NCBI GenBank assembly: GCA_020137815.1
Contig: CM035355.1
Coordinates: 1,612,001 to 1,676,000 of the forward strand
Direction of reading: 5' to 3'
DNA: 64,000 nucleotides
DNA from: Hormiphora californensis
Taxonomy: Eukaryota > Animalia > Ctenophora
Shown: one piece after another, positions 24,654-38,400 of the stretch
How positions within the stretch are numbered: position 1 is the first letter of the stretch
Layout: each line of letters starts with the position of its first letter
Program-made: the position numbers and the translations under genes
The notes under the pieces: generated by a model
Seen by the model: only the letters and a program-made list of their open reading frames with translations
The model's database searches: none
What the model was told of the DNA's origin: nothing

Positions 24654-26059
24654 TATTATATCGTACCACGTACACAGATACAAGAAAATCCAATCATTGT
24701 AATTGTGTTAGAACTGCTATATTGTTTTTATAGTAAGTCGAGCGCAACCTTCTTTGAGGTTTCTCAGAACATAGCGCCCTTCCCTGTCATTATATTGTCT
24801 GCATTTGCCTGTCTTTGGTAAAATCGTCTTGACTCTTGAAATATGATTGGTACAGATGCCTTATTCAGAGAGACTGTCTGCAGTAGTGTTATTGGTATGC
24901 AACTGTCAAGAGACAGGATAAAAGTAATTATCTGAATCCAACCAAGTTCTAAAGGTCGATTTGCCGAGATGAAAATTGACTCTCTTGTCAACTCTATCGG
25001 GTTATTATTTTCTGAAAATCCCTTTTTGATTGATTTAGCATAGTTGTGCTGATGTAAAATGTATGATCAATACATATCATAGGCTAGTAGTGGTCACTGG
25101 TCACACTTCTCGCCTCCAAATGCAATTCTCATACTTCTTCTATAGTTCTCATACTTCACCGCAATGCTTCACCGCAGTAGAGCCACAAAATAACACCTAC
25201 GAGCAGTACCATTGGTGGTAGTAGAAAGTACGAATAAACCGCTTGTGTACTGATCTCTTGCCTAGCTAGACTGTGTTACAAATGTAAAGGAGGGTTAGAA
25301 CATAACAACAGATCTCCCTTTTTGTGACAAATGGAAGTGAGATATATATTTGATATCCACGTGCCCCCTGACATCCCCCCTGTATTATATGGCACACTTT
25401 GGTAAATAGACAGCTGTATTATTGATTATAATTAGCAGCACCCTGTTGCTGACTGTTGCTATCCCTTCACCTGCTGCTGCGACATGTTACAGATCTCATC
25501 ATGATGCTTTGATCGATTATAAAATTAAAAGAGAGGAGCTTTGCCGATTGTTTGACCATGATAGTTGAAATTGTTTCGTAAAATTCTCAAAACATCTTTC
25601 TTTTACAGATACACAAGAGTAAATTTGGTTTGAAAGTATTTCGACCCAGTAGACAAATTTACGTTTCATTGGTTTTCACGGCAAAAATTCATTTAATGTA
25701 TCAAGACGCAAAATTGATTTAGTCAATGAGATTGCATTGAAATCATTTCCTGGAGGCAGAAAATCACACACACTCTCTCCTTCTCTCTGATCTTTCTTCA
25801 GTGAAGAATCTTCACAGGCGAGGTGAGTGTCATCGCCCGCCACAATGTCGGTACTGCGTGTGAGCTGAGGTAATTACCTTTCAAAGCAAGGTAATTACCG
25901 AGGTCATGAGTCGGATCCATGGGACCTATACAACATCAGACCCTCGCATTGTCTACCATCTTTTAACAAGTTTACATTACTCTCATCAGTTGTTTTGTTG
26001 ATCATCAACTCAGTTATTGTTCGGATACGAATTAACGACGGACACTTATAATTATCATT

Positions 26060-26735
26060 TATATGAGGCATAAACTCTGGCCACTGGCACGTTATTTCAG
26101 ATACCTTTCTCCCAGCGCGCCGCTGGGAGAAGGTAGCTGTAGTTTATCCGCCAGTGGCGGATAAACTGGTTTAAATCACGACGACGATCCCGAGGCGGAG
26201 CCGAGGGAGAGGCGGAGGGGTTTAAACCAATAACGTGCCATTGGTCAGAGTTTATGGGTTATATACCCTGCTTTAGTTGTTTGTTTCAAGTATTACACAC
26301 TAACAAGAGAGAAAACACTAATCAAAACACACAAAGAGAACTGAGAAACAGTCAAAAACATCTCTCAATTGAGTGTATATTGTTTGGTAACAGTTACTAA
26401 GGAGAGAGAGAAAGAAATAACAAGATATGGGGCATGCCAGACATAACACAGAGGAATTGAGATAGTGAAACAAAAGGGGAGATAAAGAGAGAGAAATTGA
26501 CGGAATGTGTTGTTTCTTTCTCTCCAGTGCAGTGTGTAACTCTTGCAAACAGTGTTCCCTCTGTATTTCAGTAAGAACTGATCATTTACACACACTTTGA
26601 ATGTAACATAGGAGTAATAATAAACAGCCAGCCAGTGGGAAATAATCTGCCGCTGGACTGGCTGTATATTGAGAGCGCGCCAGTGGGACTTCTCGCCACT
26701 GGCGGGTTATTTAAGTTAGCAGGGTATATACCGCT
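26060..26735. mobile_element. Multi-hairpin non-autonomous element (Crypton-like structure)
   Basis: Nested inverted repeats: CATAAACTCTG..GGCACGTTATT; CTACCTTCTCCCAGCG; AGTTTATCCGCC; TATATACCCTGCT/AGCAGGGTATATA. Also a CCGAGGCGGAGCCGAGG motif. Confidence 0.55.
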
Positions 26736-29473
26736 ATAATCTATCTAGCTTTGTGTGCCGTTTAAAACGTAAGACTAGGGACAAGTTATATAGCTCGATC
26801 TGTCTCTCATCTCTTTCACTATAATTGGAGAGTCACTGAGTCTAGAAACAGGTTTAGTTCATCACAGGTAGCGAGCTACACAGTATAATGGTTTGTATTA
26901 CAACATGCCCCAGTTGTACAGTTGCACAGAGAGAGGCACATTCATTCGTCTAGCGATATAGGTAGTTGAGGGAGTTAAATGTTTCAAAAAGAATGCACCA
27001 GAGTACTGCATGACCATACTGACCAAAATTATGCTATATATTATTTCTACCCCTGTTAGAGGGATTGCCCGTATTGTTTTTGCCGATGGAAAATGATTGT
27101 AACGTTTGCTCAATTTGATTGGTTTAAACCCTTTATATTTTATCCGGGATCAGGGAGAAAGAGAGAGAGGGTCGAGCAAGGCAATGTCCAAGCCCCAATT
27201 AGATCTTAGACAAAATTAAGGCTCCTAAAAGACTACTAAAATCTCCTGCTGCTGTACTGGGCAACTTCCATGCAGGGGCACAGATCAAAGGAAGCTTTAT
27301 TGTGCTCCCATAGGTTTGAGGAAAATTAATTGTCCAGCCCAGACCATGCAATACTAAAATCATTGAACAAGCACACGTGCCAGTTCTCGGTACGTTAATC
27401 TATGATAGCTGTAGACAGTTTAAATGTCCAGACAGTCATCACAAAGTGTTCTTACAATCTTACATTTTCTTGTGTTCACGTAATTAGTTCTTCTCTTTTT
27501 GCCACTCCCTAATCTTCAAACGTTTAATCAGTTACTTTTTATTCAAACACTTCCCTTAACTTTTTTCCATTTCATCTCTTCGACATTTTGTCTCTGGGGA
27601 GGTTAATGGGCATCTATAGGCAATTAAATTTAATCGATTGTACGTAGAGGTCTTCTCTTCTTCCTTAGTGCACTGGTACATGTGTTTTGAGGTGGAGCAC
27701 TTTCAATTATTTTTAGATAAATCTATAGAATTATTGGCCTAGCTGAGGTTTGAAATGAGACAATAATCTTGTGTAATGTGTGGTAATACAATGACTCGAT
27801 ACCACAAAGACTATACTACGGTTTAGATCATTTTCAGTACCATTTACCGCAAAGCCGATGATTCACTCGATGCACTACATGTCAAAACTACGATAGTATT
27901 TGCATTAAATTACATCAGACTTCAACTTTGTTTTAGAAAGTGGAATTTCAGTTTAGTGTGTCTTTGCACTAATTGAACCTATTCCTATGTCTAGTGTGTC
28001 ACACACTTCATTAAATTCAAGTCTTGTGGTATATTTGCACGGAGAGAGTGTGATGTAACTTCGCAATAGTATTAATAGCATAATATCCCTGACGATCTTG
28101 GTGAATCTATTGATATCATTATCACTTTATGGCATCATCCGAGATGTGACACCTTGGAAGTCAGTTATTAGCCAATCATTGACATGATACTATGCTATAC
28201 TATTATATATGCTGCCATTGTTCATCGATCACTTGAATTGTTCATACTCAGTGTCAGGCGACTCAAATCTTCGCCAATTTTCAACTTGTCTCCAGCTCTG
28301 AAGAACAGATCGGAGTTCAGGGTATTTTTGGCTGGTTGTTGCAGCTGGCTTCTCAACACAGCTGCTACTGTTCTTCCACATCTGTATCTGCGTGATCACC
28401 TCTCTTTCTCTTCCGCCCTCTTCCTTTCAAATATAAATGGATGATAATATTATTTAGCACATTGGTGGTATTTTGTCTTCGGGGGTTCCATTCGAGCCGA
28501 GGTATTTAAAATTGGTATTGCCAAACTGCTGCAGGCGAAGATCAAACGAGTCCCAAATTCCTGCTACAATAGATTCGAAATTTTCATCGTTAGATATAGC
28601 TGATTATTATTTTATAAATGAACTAGACATTTGTTGTGAGAATGGGTTTGAAAAGAGAACAGTTAGCACAAGTGGAAAGTTTTAAATGTCAACACTTTGG
28701 TGAACTTCAAAGAACGTCTTTGAGTGGGCGGTATTCGCTGATTCTGATACAATGCTGGGTTAAAACCCATTAAGTATAAACTGAGGGTATTCGCAACGCC
28801 CTTTACTTAGCCTCAATATAATACACTTAACTGCTTTCTTATAGCATTAGACTTTATATACGATTTTTCAGTCTTGGTTATGCCACTCACCCATTACGAA
28901 TGAATGAATGTGTTGTTTGGAGAATGGAGAGCCTATTGTAACTCCATTATCTTCACAGCCTGTATCATTTCTATTGAACATTAACCTCTTGTGTCTACCA
29001 ACTTGTGTATAATTCTATAGTAAAGCTACTCCTACCCTTGCATTATCATATACGATAGACCTCTTGGATCTTAGCTATAGCTATGTATAGCCAGTGTGAA
29101 AATAAATGAATTGCTTTTGCTTGAAAGCCAACATATATCCCAATATGAATTGTGATTGATTCGCAAGAACTCTGTGGGAGTAAAAATAAACCACGAAGGT
29201 GTGGCTGCATCATATATATCCAACGTCACGTCATATTATATATTGTGGAGTTAAATACCTTTTTAACACCGTGTGCACTATATGTGCATGCCGCCAGTTA
29301 TGTATCTCTCTCTGTAGTCGACTCTCTCTCTGTATAAACTATAATTACCGCACGATTGAAGTGCACAATAAAAATTTCTCTATTGTCACCGGTCATTGGC
29401 AGTTTCAGCAGTATTAACGATTTCTTGTCAACCTTTAACGATTCCTCCCTTGCAGTCCATGTTATGAGTAGGG

Positions 29474-32400
29474 ATGGTATTATGGCTTACTTTGCTTTTA
29501 CTCAGTCTCATATCAGGTAAACATAGTGTGACTGTTGTTGTTTTTAAAACTACTTTTATTACTTGTTTACTAATTTAGTAATTTACTTCAAAATGTAACA
29601 CCTGATTCCATTCCAGACTGTGCAGCGTTTTCCTATCTCTCCCTGCCGATCAAGAACCCCGTCCAGTATAATCTTCCCTTCACGTGGTCGGACGAGTGGA
29701 GTGGGGCAACTCTCTGCTCCTGGGCGGCACACTTCAACGTGCACGTGGATAAACACGTCCCCACCCTCAAAGTGACATGTGGGCAGAACCACAATCACAG
29801 GTATATATATATCAGACGGTATAGGGAACACCTTTTATAACCATGTAATATCAAGGAATCGTCCCAGATATAAGTGATAAAATAGGACTTTCGACGGTCG
29901 TAATAGCTCATTATCTTGGATTTAGGACTCAGATAGCTGCGAGCTGCACGTGCACGAAAATTGAATACTAAATTTGGTCCTTTCCTAGGGTAACGCTATC
30001 CCATGATGAAATGTTTGTGGATGGAGAAGATTCTGGGGTCCCACTTCCCCGTCCAGTCAGTTCCTGGTACCACTGGTGTGTCTCCTGGGACACAGAGAGG
30101 AATTATAAAGTTTACTTCAATGGCAAACTAAATGCCCAAGGTACCATATTCTGCAGAGTTTTAGTCTGATAAATCCACTGTCAGAGCATTGGCCTGAACC
30201 TATTTTCATTTCTTTCAAATAACTATAAGGAGCGTGCAAGAACCGCGGTCAGAGCATTGGCCTGAAAGTAAATCCATGGTAGGACCACTTCCGGTTTTCG
30301 ATTGAACCCTGTTTTACTTTCAGGTCCTACCTCTACTGCTACACCAGCTGTAGATTTGATAGGAACCTGTTACCTGACAGTTGGTAACTCAACTCACGAT
30401 TTATACCAGTTTGCTGGTCAACTTGCAGCCCTACAAGTATATTCCAGGTAAAATATACACTGTAGGATTTTATTATGGCTATAAGTTGTACCTGAAAACT
30501 TATAACACGAGACCGAAGGTCGAGTGTTATAAGTGCAACAATAATGATCCGAGACCACAGGTCGAGGCAGATTCTTGTACTTAAGTGCACGAGCCTGCGA
30601 GTGCCACTAAGTGTAACTACCTCACGAGCCTGCGAGTGATGTAGTTTTACTTTTTGACCGAGCCTGCGAGGTCTAAAAGTGTAAGAATCTGGGACATTAT
30701 TGTTGACGTCAGGTACAACGAAAATAGGCATTATAAAATTGCATTGTGAAATTTTAAAACAAGAGTGAGAGACACTTTAGGGCGTAACAATAGAGCGAAT
30801 TCATGATATGGTAGCAGGCAGAGATATCAGTATAAGATAAGATAACGCCTGAGATAGGTAAAGAGAGTGAGAGATTAGTGAGAGTGAGATAGATAAAGAA
30901 TGTGTGGGACGTGGGTCCGGGAGTTCGTAACTGTTATCTTGATCTCGGTGCTGCAACGGCTTGACAGTGTGACATAAAGAAAGAGAGAGAGGGAGGGAGT
31001 TCGTAAATGCTTATCTTTCTAACGGTTTTTAAGTGTGACAGAAACAGTGGAGTAAGGAGTTCTAAGTGCAGCAGTGTTATAAGTTTTCATGTATCACTGC
31101 TAGCAGTTATACATGAAAACTTATAACACTGTGCAGTGTTATAAGTTGTACAAGCAGTGCTACCTAAAGAATTATATTATATCTCAAAATTTTACAATGA
31201 TGATATATGAACTCTATATACTTATCTCCCGGTGTGGTTTAAGGGATTTGATCAGCCAGCTGCCTCATGGTATAACAGGTGCACTGCTGGACAATTGCCA
31301 GCCATAGGTTCAAATTACCATAATAACCAGTACTCCTGCTGCACTAGGACCACTGAATTTCAATAGGACTCAAGAGTCAAGCCCTATTATAGTATAGTAT
31401 TATAAGATGGGCTGTCTAGAATAATTCAAGGCACAAAGCGGCCGACCTGAAAGCTCTTTTCAAGTACACATGATAATAACCACTAATATCTGAACCCTAT
31501 AGTCTATACATCTTCCTCAGAGTTAGCTAACACTACAACTCCCTCTCTCTAGAGTTAGCTAACACTATAACTCCCTCTCTCTAGAGTCAGCTAACACTAT
31601 AACTCCCTCTCTCTCTAGAGTTCTAACAGCTAAAGAGATATCCTGGGAGTCTTGTGGGATGTGTCTACATTGTGAACCTGCCCTCTCATGGAACTCTGTC
31701 TCTGCATCTGTACCTACCTACACTGCCAACAAGAATCCCATCTGTAAGTTGGGACCAAATATAATGGGAAACATCAGGCGAATTGAAACGTTTAGACCTA
31801 GGTTTAAACATGTTTTAACCCAAGATAAACCAGTTCCAAACCACCAATTACAGTTTTGCCTCCGCCTGATGGAGTGAATGTGGTACTGGAAAGTCAGACG
31901 AGTATCAAGGTGGCATGGGCTAATGAGATGATAGGACAGCAGTTTGTGTACTATGTCATTCCAGTGACAAACCAGACAACCCAACAATTCACATCGAGAA
32001 TCAACGGCATTGTCATCAGGTCAGATGATTATATTCTGAATAGTGAATACTCTACTTTGAAACAATGTAACCATTTGATTCCCAAAAGTTTAGGACATTA
32101 TATATGTCCCGAAAGTTTAGGACATGTCCCGAAACATCTAAGTTCCCCGAAGCAACGAACTTCAATGCTCTAACGAGTGTATATTCCACAGGGATCTGGA
32201 GCCGGAAACATTGTACAGTGTCAAGGTTGGAACAAGGTCCCGTTGTGGTCAGTCAGATGCTTGGTCTCCCATCGCTAAGATCACGACCCTACCAGGTATA
32301 ACCTGAGATGCTACAAGAGTTCAATCAATGCTGAACATGTTCCCTTCAAGGCTTACAACACTCTGCTTACACTTTGATTATGATTTCCAAGTCCAATCTA

Positions 32401-35400
32401 AAATCTGAATGTCTGAATGTCTGATTCTCTCATTCCTTCTGACTTCTTCCGTTCTTGATTGTCAACCCCCAGCATTAGGGTTTACGAAGAGAGGAGGTGG
32501 GTAAATGCCCGTTGTCACAAGCACACTTTTCATCATATTTTCATTGGATTTTTGTTTGTCAGTTTGTGCTTTGCTGCTTCTGTCCGTTTTAAGCATATTT
32601 CCGCAGGCAAAAACTTCAATTCCTGATCATGTTAAGACACATTTTCATTATTTTTCTTCTATTTTCAGTTCCCGAGGAAGTGACGAATTTAGCAGTTACA
32701 CACCGGACAAACAGTTCCTTAACCCTGTCTTGGGATCAGCCACGGAGACCTGTGGACAGGTACAAGGTAAGAAATCTCCAGGCCAATGCTTTGACGGCGG
32801 TTCTCGTGCTCTTTCAATTCTCTAACAGCCACCTCTCCAGATGATTTAGTAAGACCCAGCCTGAAGATTATCAACCATCAAACTTCCCTTCAGATGATAA
32901 TGTACCCCACGGCCGACACGTCAACACAAACCCACAAACAACTACCACGGGAACCGAACCACTACACCCTCACCGGGTTAGCACCCAACACCATGTATAC
33001 AATCCGGCTGGCTACATCGGGATCCAGTGGTATCAGTCAGTTCACTACAGTTACTGATACAACACTTAGTACAGGTAATGTTGGTAGTGAGAATTTTATC
33101 TGTATTGCTAAACTTAACTCTCCCATTCCTTCAATCAATCAACCAATAACTTGAGGTTTTTATAACTTAGCAAAGTCCCGGGCGAAACGCACATCAAAAA
33201 GTATAAACCGAGTTTATTTGGCGAATTTCGCTGAAGCTGTCCACAAGGGTTTTCAACTAAATTTGGCTGAGATCGCTTCTAACGTGTGAAACTATATCTA
33301 GCTGTTCCAACAAATAGTTTTAACGTTACCATGGTTGCACAATTCTTAATCGTTTTAGATGTCCCACCAGTTAAGGCTAAGCTAACTGTTTTACTGAAAC
33401 CTAACTACATTGTGGATGTGAGGTGGGAGGAAACGGACCTTCCCGACTCATTTTACTATAAACTTAAGGTAACACTTCACTTTTGAACTGTCCGTAATGT
33501 ATCCGCAGTAGTAGGCCGGAGAGTCTGAAAAATTCAACCTCACTTGTGGGCTTATCAAGGTTGTATTTTTGTGACACGTTTTAATAATTACAGACACGCT
33601 TGGCCGATAATGCTGTGATACGCAGTGGACGCTCAAAAAGATTTAAGTCGATAAAGACTACAGATCACAATGTCATTATAGATTATCTTGATCCAGAAAA
33701 CTCCTACACGGTCTCCCTGGAACTGTGTCCTGATGAAACATCAGTTTGTCAGGAGGTAGAATCGGTGACATTCTTCCTGGGTGCTGCACAGGAGTACCAT
33801 TACCAGCAGAGTTACAGTCATGCTAGATACGAGAGACTGACCAACTCTTCCATCATCGAGCTGGTGAGTTTGGTTGAGTAGTTAATAATAATAATAGTAC
33901 TTTTTAGTCACTCTTCTAACCTTGTTTGATTAAATTACAACTTCAAAGAAGCCTCATAGAACTTTGCATTTGTTTTGGACCACATACCGCTTGATCCAAA
34001 GATCACCACATTGGGCATTCCAGTTTCTTTTCATGTTGGTCGAACCTATATTATCCACAGTTGCCGAGAAGGAAACTAAACTAAAATATTCCATGGAATT
34101 CCATCTCTCTATAAGAAACTAAACTAAACTATTCTCTATTATAACAAACCCAGTCTAATATTGTACGTGTCTAGACTATTATATAGTTATGGTGTACCCC
34201 AACCCTCTGGTCCCCCTCATTAGAACAGTGCAGCAGTGGTATGTGTAGTGTTCACTATTGTGCACCCCCTCGACCCCCCCCCCCCCCCCCCCGACACTAT
34301 ATCCCTACAATCATCATTTGCTAATTTCTCTTACTTCACTACAATTTCTAATAAAATCCTCTTCAATAGGTAGCAGAGATCACAGAGAATTCTACCGCTA
34401 CGGTCCATGTGGACATACTAAAGATATTCTCCGCAACATTCCTGGTCCGGGTCTTAGTGTTTGATCTGGAACAGGGTGACAACATATCCCCAAGGGGAAC
34501 TGTGGTCTATGTTGGAGAGAGCCCAGAGGAACTCATTTGGGGAAGTAGCATTGATTTACTTTCAACTTGCACCCACAGTGAGCAAAGGTATTGGAAAAGT
34601 AACGACATCTAACCACTTCAGCCCTTGTCGAACAACAGTACAAAAAGCTTGATCCAAGCATTCAAGAATCTGTCTGGCGTCGCCAGACCACGTTTTGATT
34701 CTGTACTCAGATTGGGTTAAGGACAGAATCTTAAAATGAATACTTTCTAGGATATTGTCACAAGGAGGTAGAGGAAGAACAAGGGAAGGGAGAGTTTACA
34801 TGGCCCTACGTTACAGCAACAGTCACTCTACCATGTAACGTTACTCATCCGTAAGTAACATCATCTTATCGGTCCTACTATTGATCAATAGTATCTATAG
34901 GAACCATTTATATGGGGGTTTCTGATAGAGCGTCCTTCTGATTTTCCCAAGTAAATTTTAGTTTCACAATGCTCCAAAATCAGGGTAGAGGGAGAAACTC
35001 GGACACGACAGTGTACACCACCCGATTGGGGAGGTAGCGATTACTCGGCCTGTCCTTATGCTCAGTCAACTAGTGGAGACATACAGCGGTTATTGGATGT
35101 AAGTGATTACTAACTGGTCAATTACAATAAGTGTCTAATGAATATCAACTGGTTATTCTAAACTAATATTTCCCGCAGACAGCAATCACGAACGCATCAG
35201 AAGCGATAATGGTCAGCCAAAAGTTAACAGAAATAACCTCGGGAGAAATGACGGACGAGACGATTGACATGACTTCTGGTGTGATAGACAACATTCTCCA
35301 AACTGCAGCCAATCCAAACATATCCTTTACAGCCGAAGTGGCGGGAAACTTAGCCGGGGCACTGGATAATATCCAGGGACTATCAAAAGACCAGGTATGC

Positions 35401-38400
35401 TCAACGTAGAATCGATTGCTTCAGTTTGTAATGGAATGTAGTTTCTCTTTGTTAGTTATATATCAATATTTTATTTGTCACGAGGCGTGATGAGAGAGGG
35501 TCGAGCAAGACTAACTAAAACACATCACCTCTGCAGTTGAGTGGCACTGACCGAGTAGCAAAATCAGCAAGGTCCATTGTACAGAATGTGGAGAAGTATT
35601 GTGAAAACATTGTCCCATATCCCACTGGAGCGAATAATTCTGATCTGATTGCATTCGCCAGTCCGGATCTAAAGCTATCAGTGGTATGACTCTAGATTAG
35701 CGTGTTGTATTAGTATCGAGATGATTCCTCTCTCCCTCACCAGATAATACAGAAGTTGTTTAGCTGTTGCACCAAAGTTGGTTTCTGTAGGGGTTTCGGC
35801 ACGTGCTTTATAAATCAGTGAGACCAAGGACACACGTGTAACATATCTTTATTCAGGTTCGAGTACCACCAACACAAGCAGGATCCGATATTCATGTAAA
35901 TGGAAACGGTAGTAACTCTACACTCACCATAGACCTACATTCTGAGGTAAAATGTTAAAAAACTTTTTTTGTGAAACAAACATTATTTTGATTGAGTACC
36001 CTCATTTATATTCAAGGCCAAATCGACCACGGGCCAACCCCACCCATCGAATAAGTCGACTAGGAATAACTAATAACCATGCTTGAACAGGGTAAAGGGA
36101 TAGAGGAAGGTCTGGGTAAGATCAGTATCAAGGTTCCTGGAGACCTCGTCTCTGCTAATTCAACCACTGTCTTCTTTGCTGTTTACACTGATAAGAAACT
36201 CTTTCAAGAGGTAAGAGCTATCGTTCAGCACGAATTATCAATGCCAATGAACAGTTGTAGCACTTGTGACTGGACGCAGTGATTGGTACTTGACTATGGT
36301 GAAACGATTTGATTGGTGATTGGTAAAACTCTCAAACATTGCAGGCAACTAATGAAGACGATGTGGCTGATGACTCGTTCGACCTTCCAGTGATTTCAAT
36401 TTCATCAAATGGTATCGCAAAAGATGAGAAACTGAATAAGAAAGTAACTTTCAGCCTCGTTCTTGATAAGAACGCAAGTGCGAATGTCAAGCCAACTTGT
36501 GTCTTCTGGAACACCGAAAGTAAGAACCAAAACTTTTAATTTCACAATGAGGATATCATAACTTCTATCAGAACTTCCCTAACTCCTATCTTTATAGCCA
36601 ACTCATGGTCGACGGAAGGAGTAACACTCGTTTACACGGACGGAGAGTCCCTGATCTGTGAGACAGAGCATCTGACAAGTTTCTCGGCCCTCCTTCTTCC
36701 CGGACAAAACGACTACATTCTCAGTATCATCTCTCAAATTGGAGCAAGCATCTCAATCACCTGTCTCACTCTTACAGCTCTACTTCTATTTCTAGTGAGG
36801 TAGGAGTAATCAACTACACAAGATCATGTACAACTTTCAACTGCTCGTACCCTCGCTTACACACTAGCAAGACTAAAGAAAGTTCAACTCCTTTTTTTTC
36901 AAAACTCTCAACAGATGTGTACGAGAATGCCTGTCAACGAAGATCCACATAAACTTTTCCCTGGCTCTTCTTCTGTCACTTATCTTCTTCATGATCAACT
37001 CAAATACTGCACGACCGGGAGACTACTGCAAGGTAGGAATCTGTCTGGTGGCACCAAACTTCTTTTTGATTCTCAGAGCGCTCAGATCGGGTCGGCCAGA
37101 AAGATAAGAACGTAACTTTCAAAACCAAATCCAACCAATTAGTCTCGAGCACCAAACGACAACTTTTCTCTCCCTTTCTCTATCAGGTGATGGCTTGTCT
37201 GACCCACTACTTCTTCCTCTGTTCATTCCTCTGGATGGGGGTCGAGGGAGTGGGTTTATATCGGGCAGTTGTTCTCGTGTTTAACAGTGGTTCCAGTAAG
37301 AACTTTATGACCGTAGCAAGCCTGGTGGCGTGGCTCACACCTCTCCCAGTGATCGTGGTTCTTGGGGCGATACCTGTTAGTGTGTACACGACTCACGCAG
37401 ACCTTGGATTGTAAGTAACAATGAACATCCATATATCAAAGGAGATTTTCATTAAAATCATCCTGTTGGAGTTATTTATTCTCATATCTGTCAGGTGTTG
37501 GCTGACCCGCACCTGGATGTACGGGGCGTTTTATGGACCTCTTGTCGTCATGCTCGTGTTCAACCTGCTAATATTTGGTCGGGTACTGTGGGAAATTATC
37601 GGCAACAAACGTGCCAGGTAAGGCGTAAACTGCTGATTGCTGAATTCTTTTCTTTAAAAAATGAGGGGTTGGTTTTCCAGTAGCTGGTGGCGTTGAACAA
37701 TCATCACCTTTGCAAATGAGCTATAGAGCACCAGCCAAACCACACAGTTTGTATAGTGTCTTTTAGTCGTTAGAGCGGTCCTGGCCCAATTAGGGTCAGG
37801 TCCCGCTCGAACAACCCTTTCTTTACATTTTCTCTGCGTTTATTTTCTCTGCTTTTCTCTACATTCCCCGTTGTATTCTAGTCAACTGAACGAGGTGAAT
37901 GGTAGTTCTCCCCCAATGGAGGTGCGGTAGGTGAATATATATTATATCTCGATATATCTGTATCTGTGATGAATGCTGCAAAACCCCACACATTGATGTG
38001 TCGATCAAGGGATATATAATATGTGTGTTTTCTGTAAATCTTGATGTTAAAAAGTTTTCGTTTCGGCTCGATTTGCTTGTTTTCCGGCTATGAAAAAAAA
38101 TTTCGGTTGAAGAAATATCCACGGCTTTCTATTCTCATTTTGTTGATATGAACGTTATCTTGTCTTTTTATGTGTAAATGGACAGTCAATTGTCATAGAT
38201 GTTATCCAATCACTTCAATAATATTTGGTGATTTTATGGGTGACGATGAGTGAGCTGTTTTTGAGCTGAAAATTTTGGGTTTAAAAAGAGGGCCGATATT
38301 TTGCGTAAGGCTCGCTGGCTGATGCAGTTCAGAATGTTATTTCACAAAATCTGACTTCCCATTTCTCATCTTATGAGGAAGGCAAGTCAGAGAAAAAACT

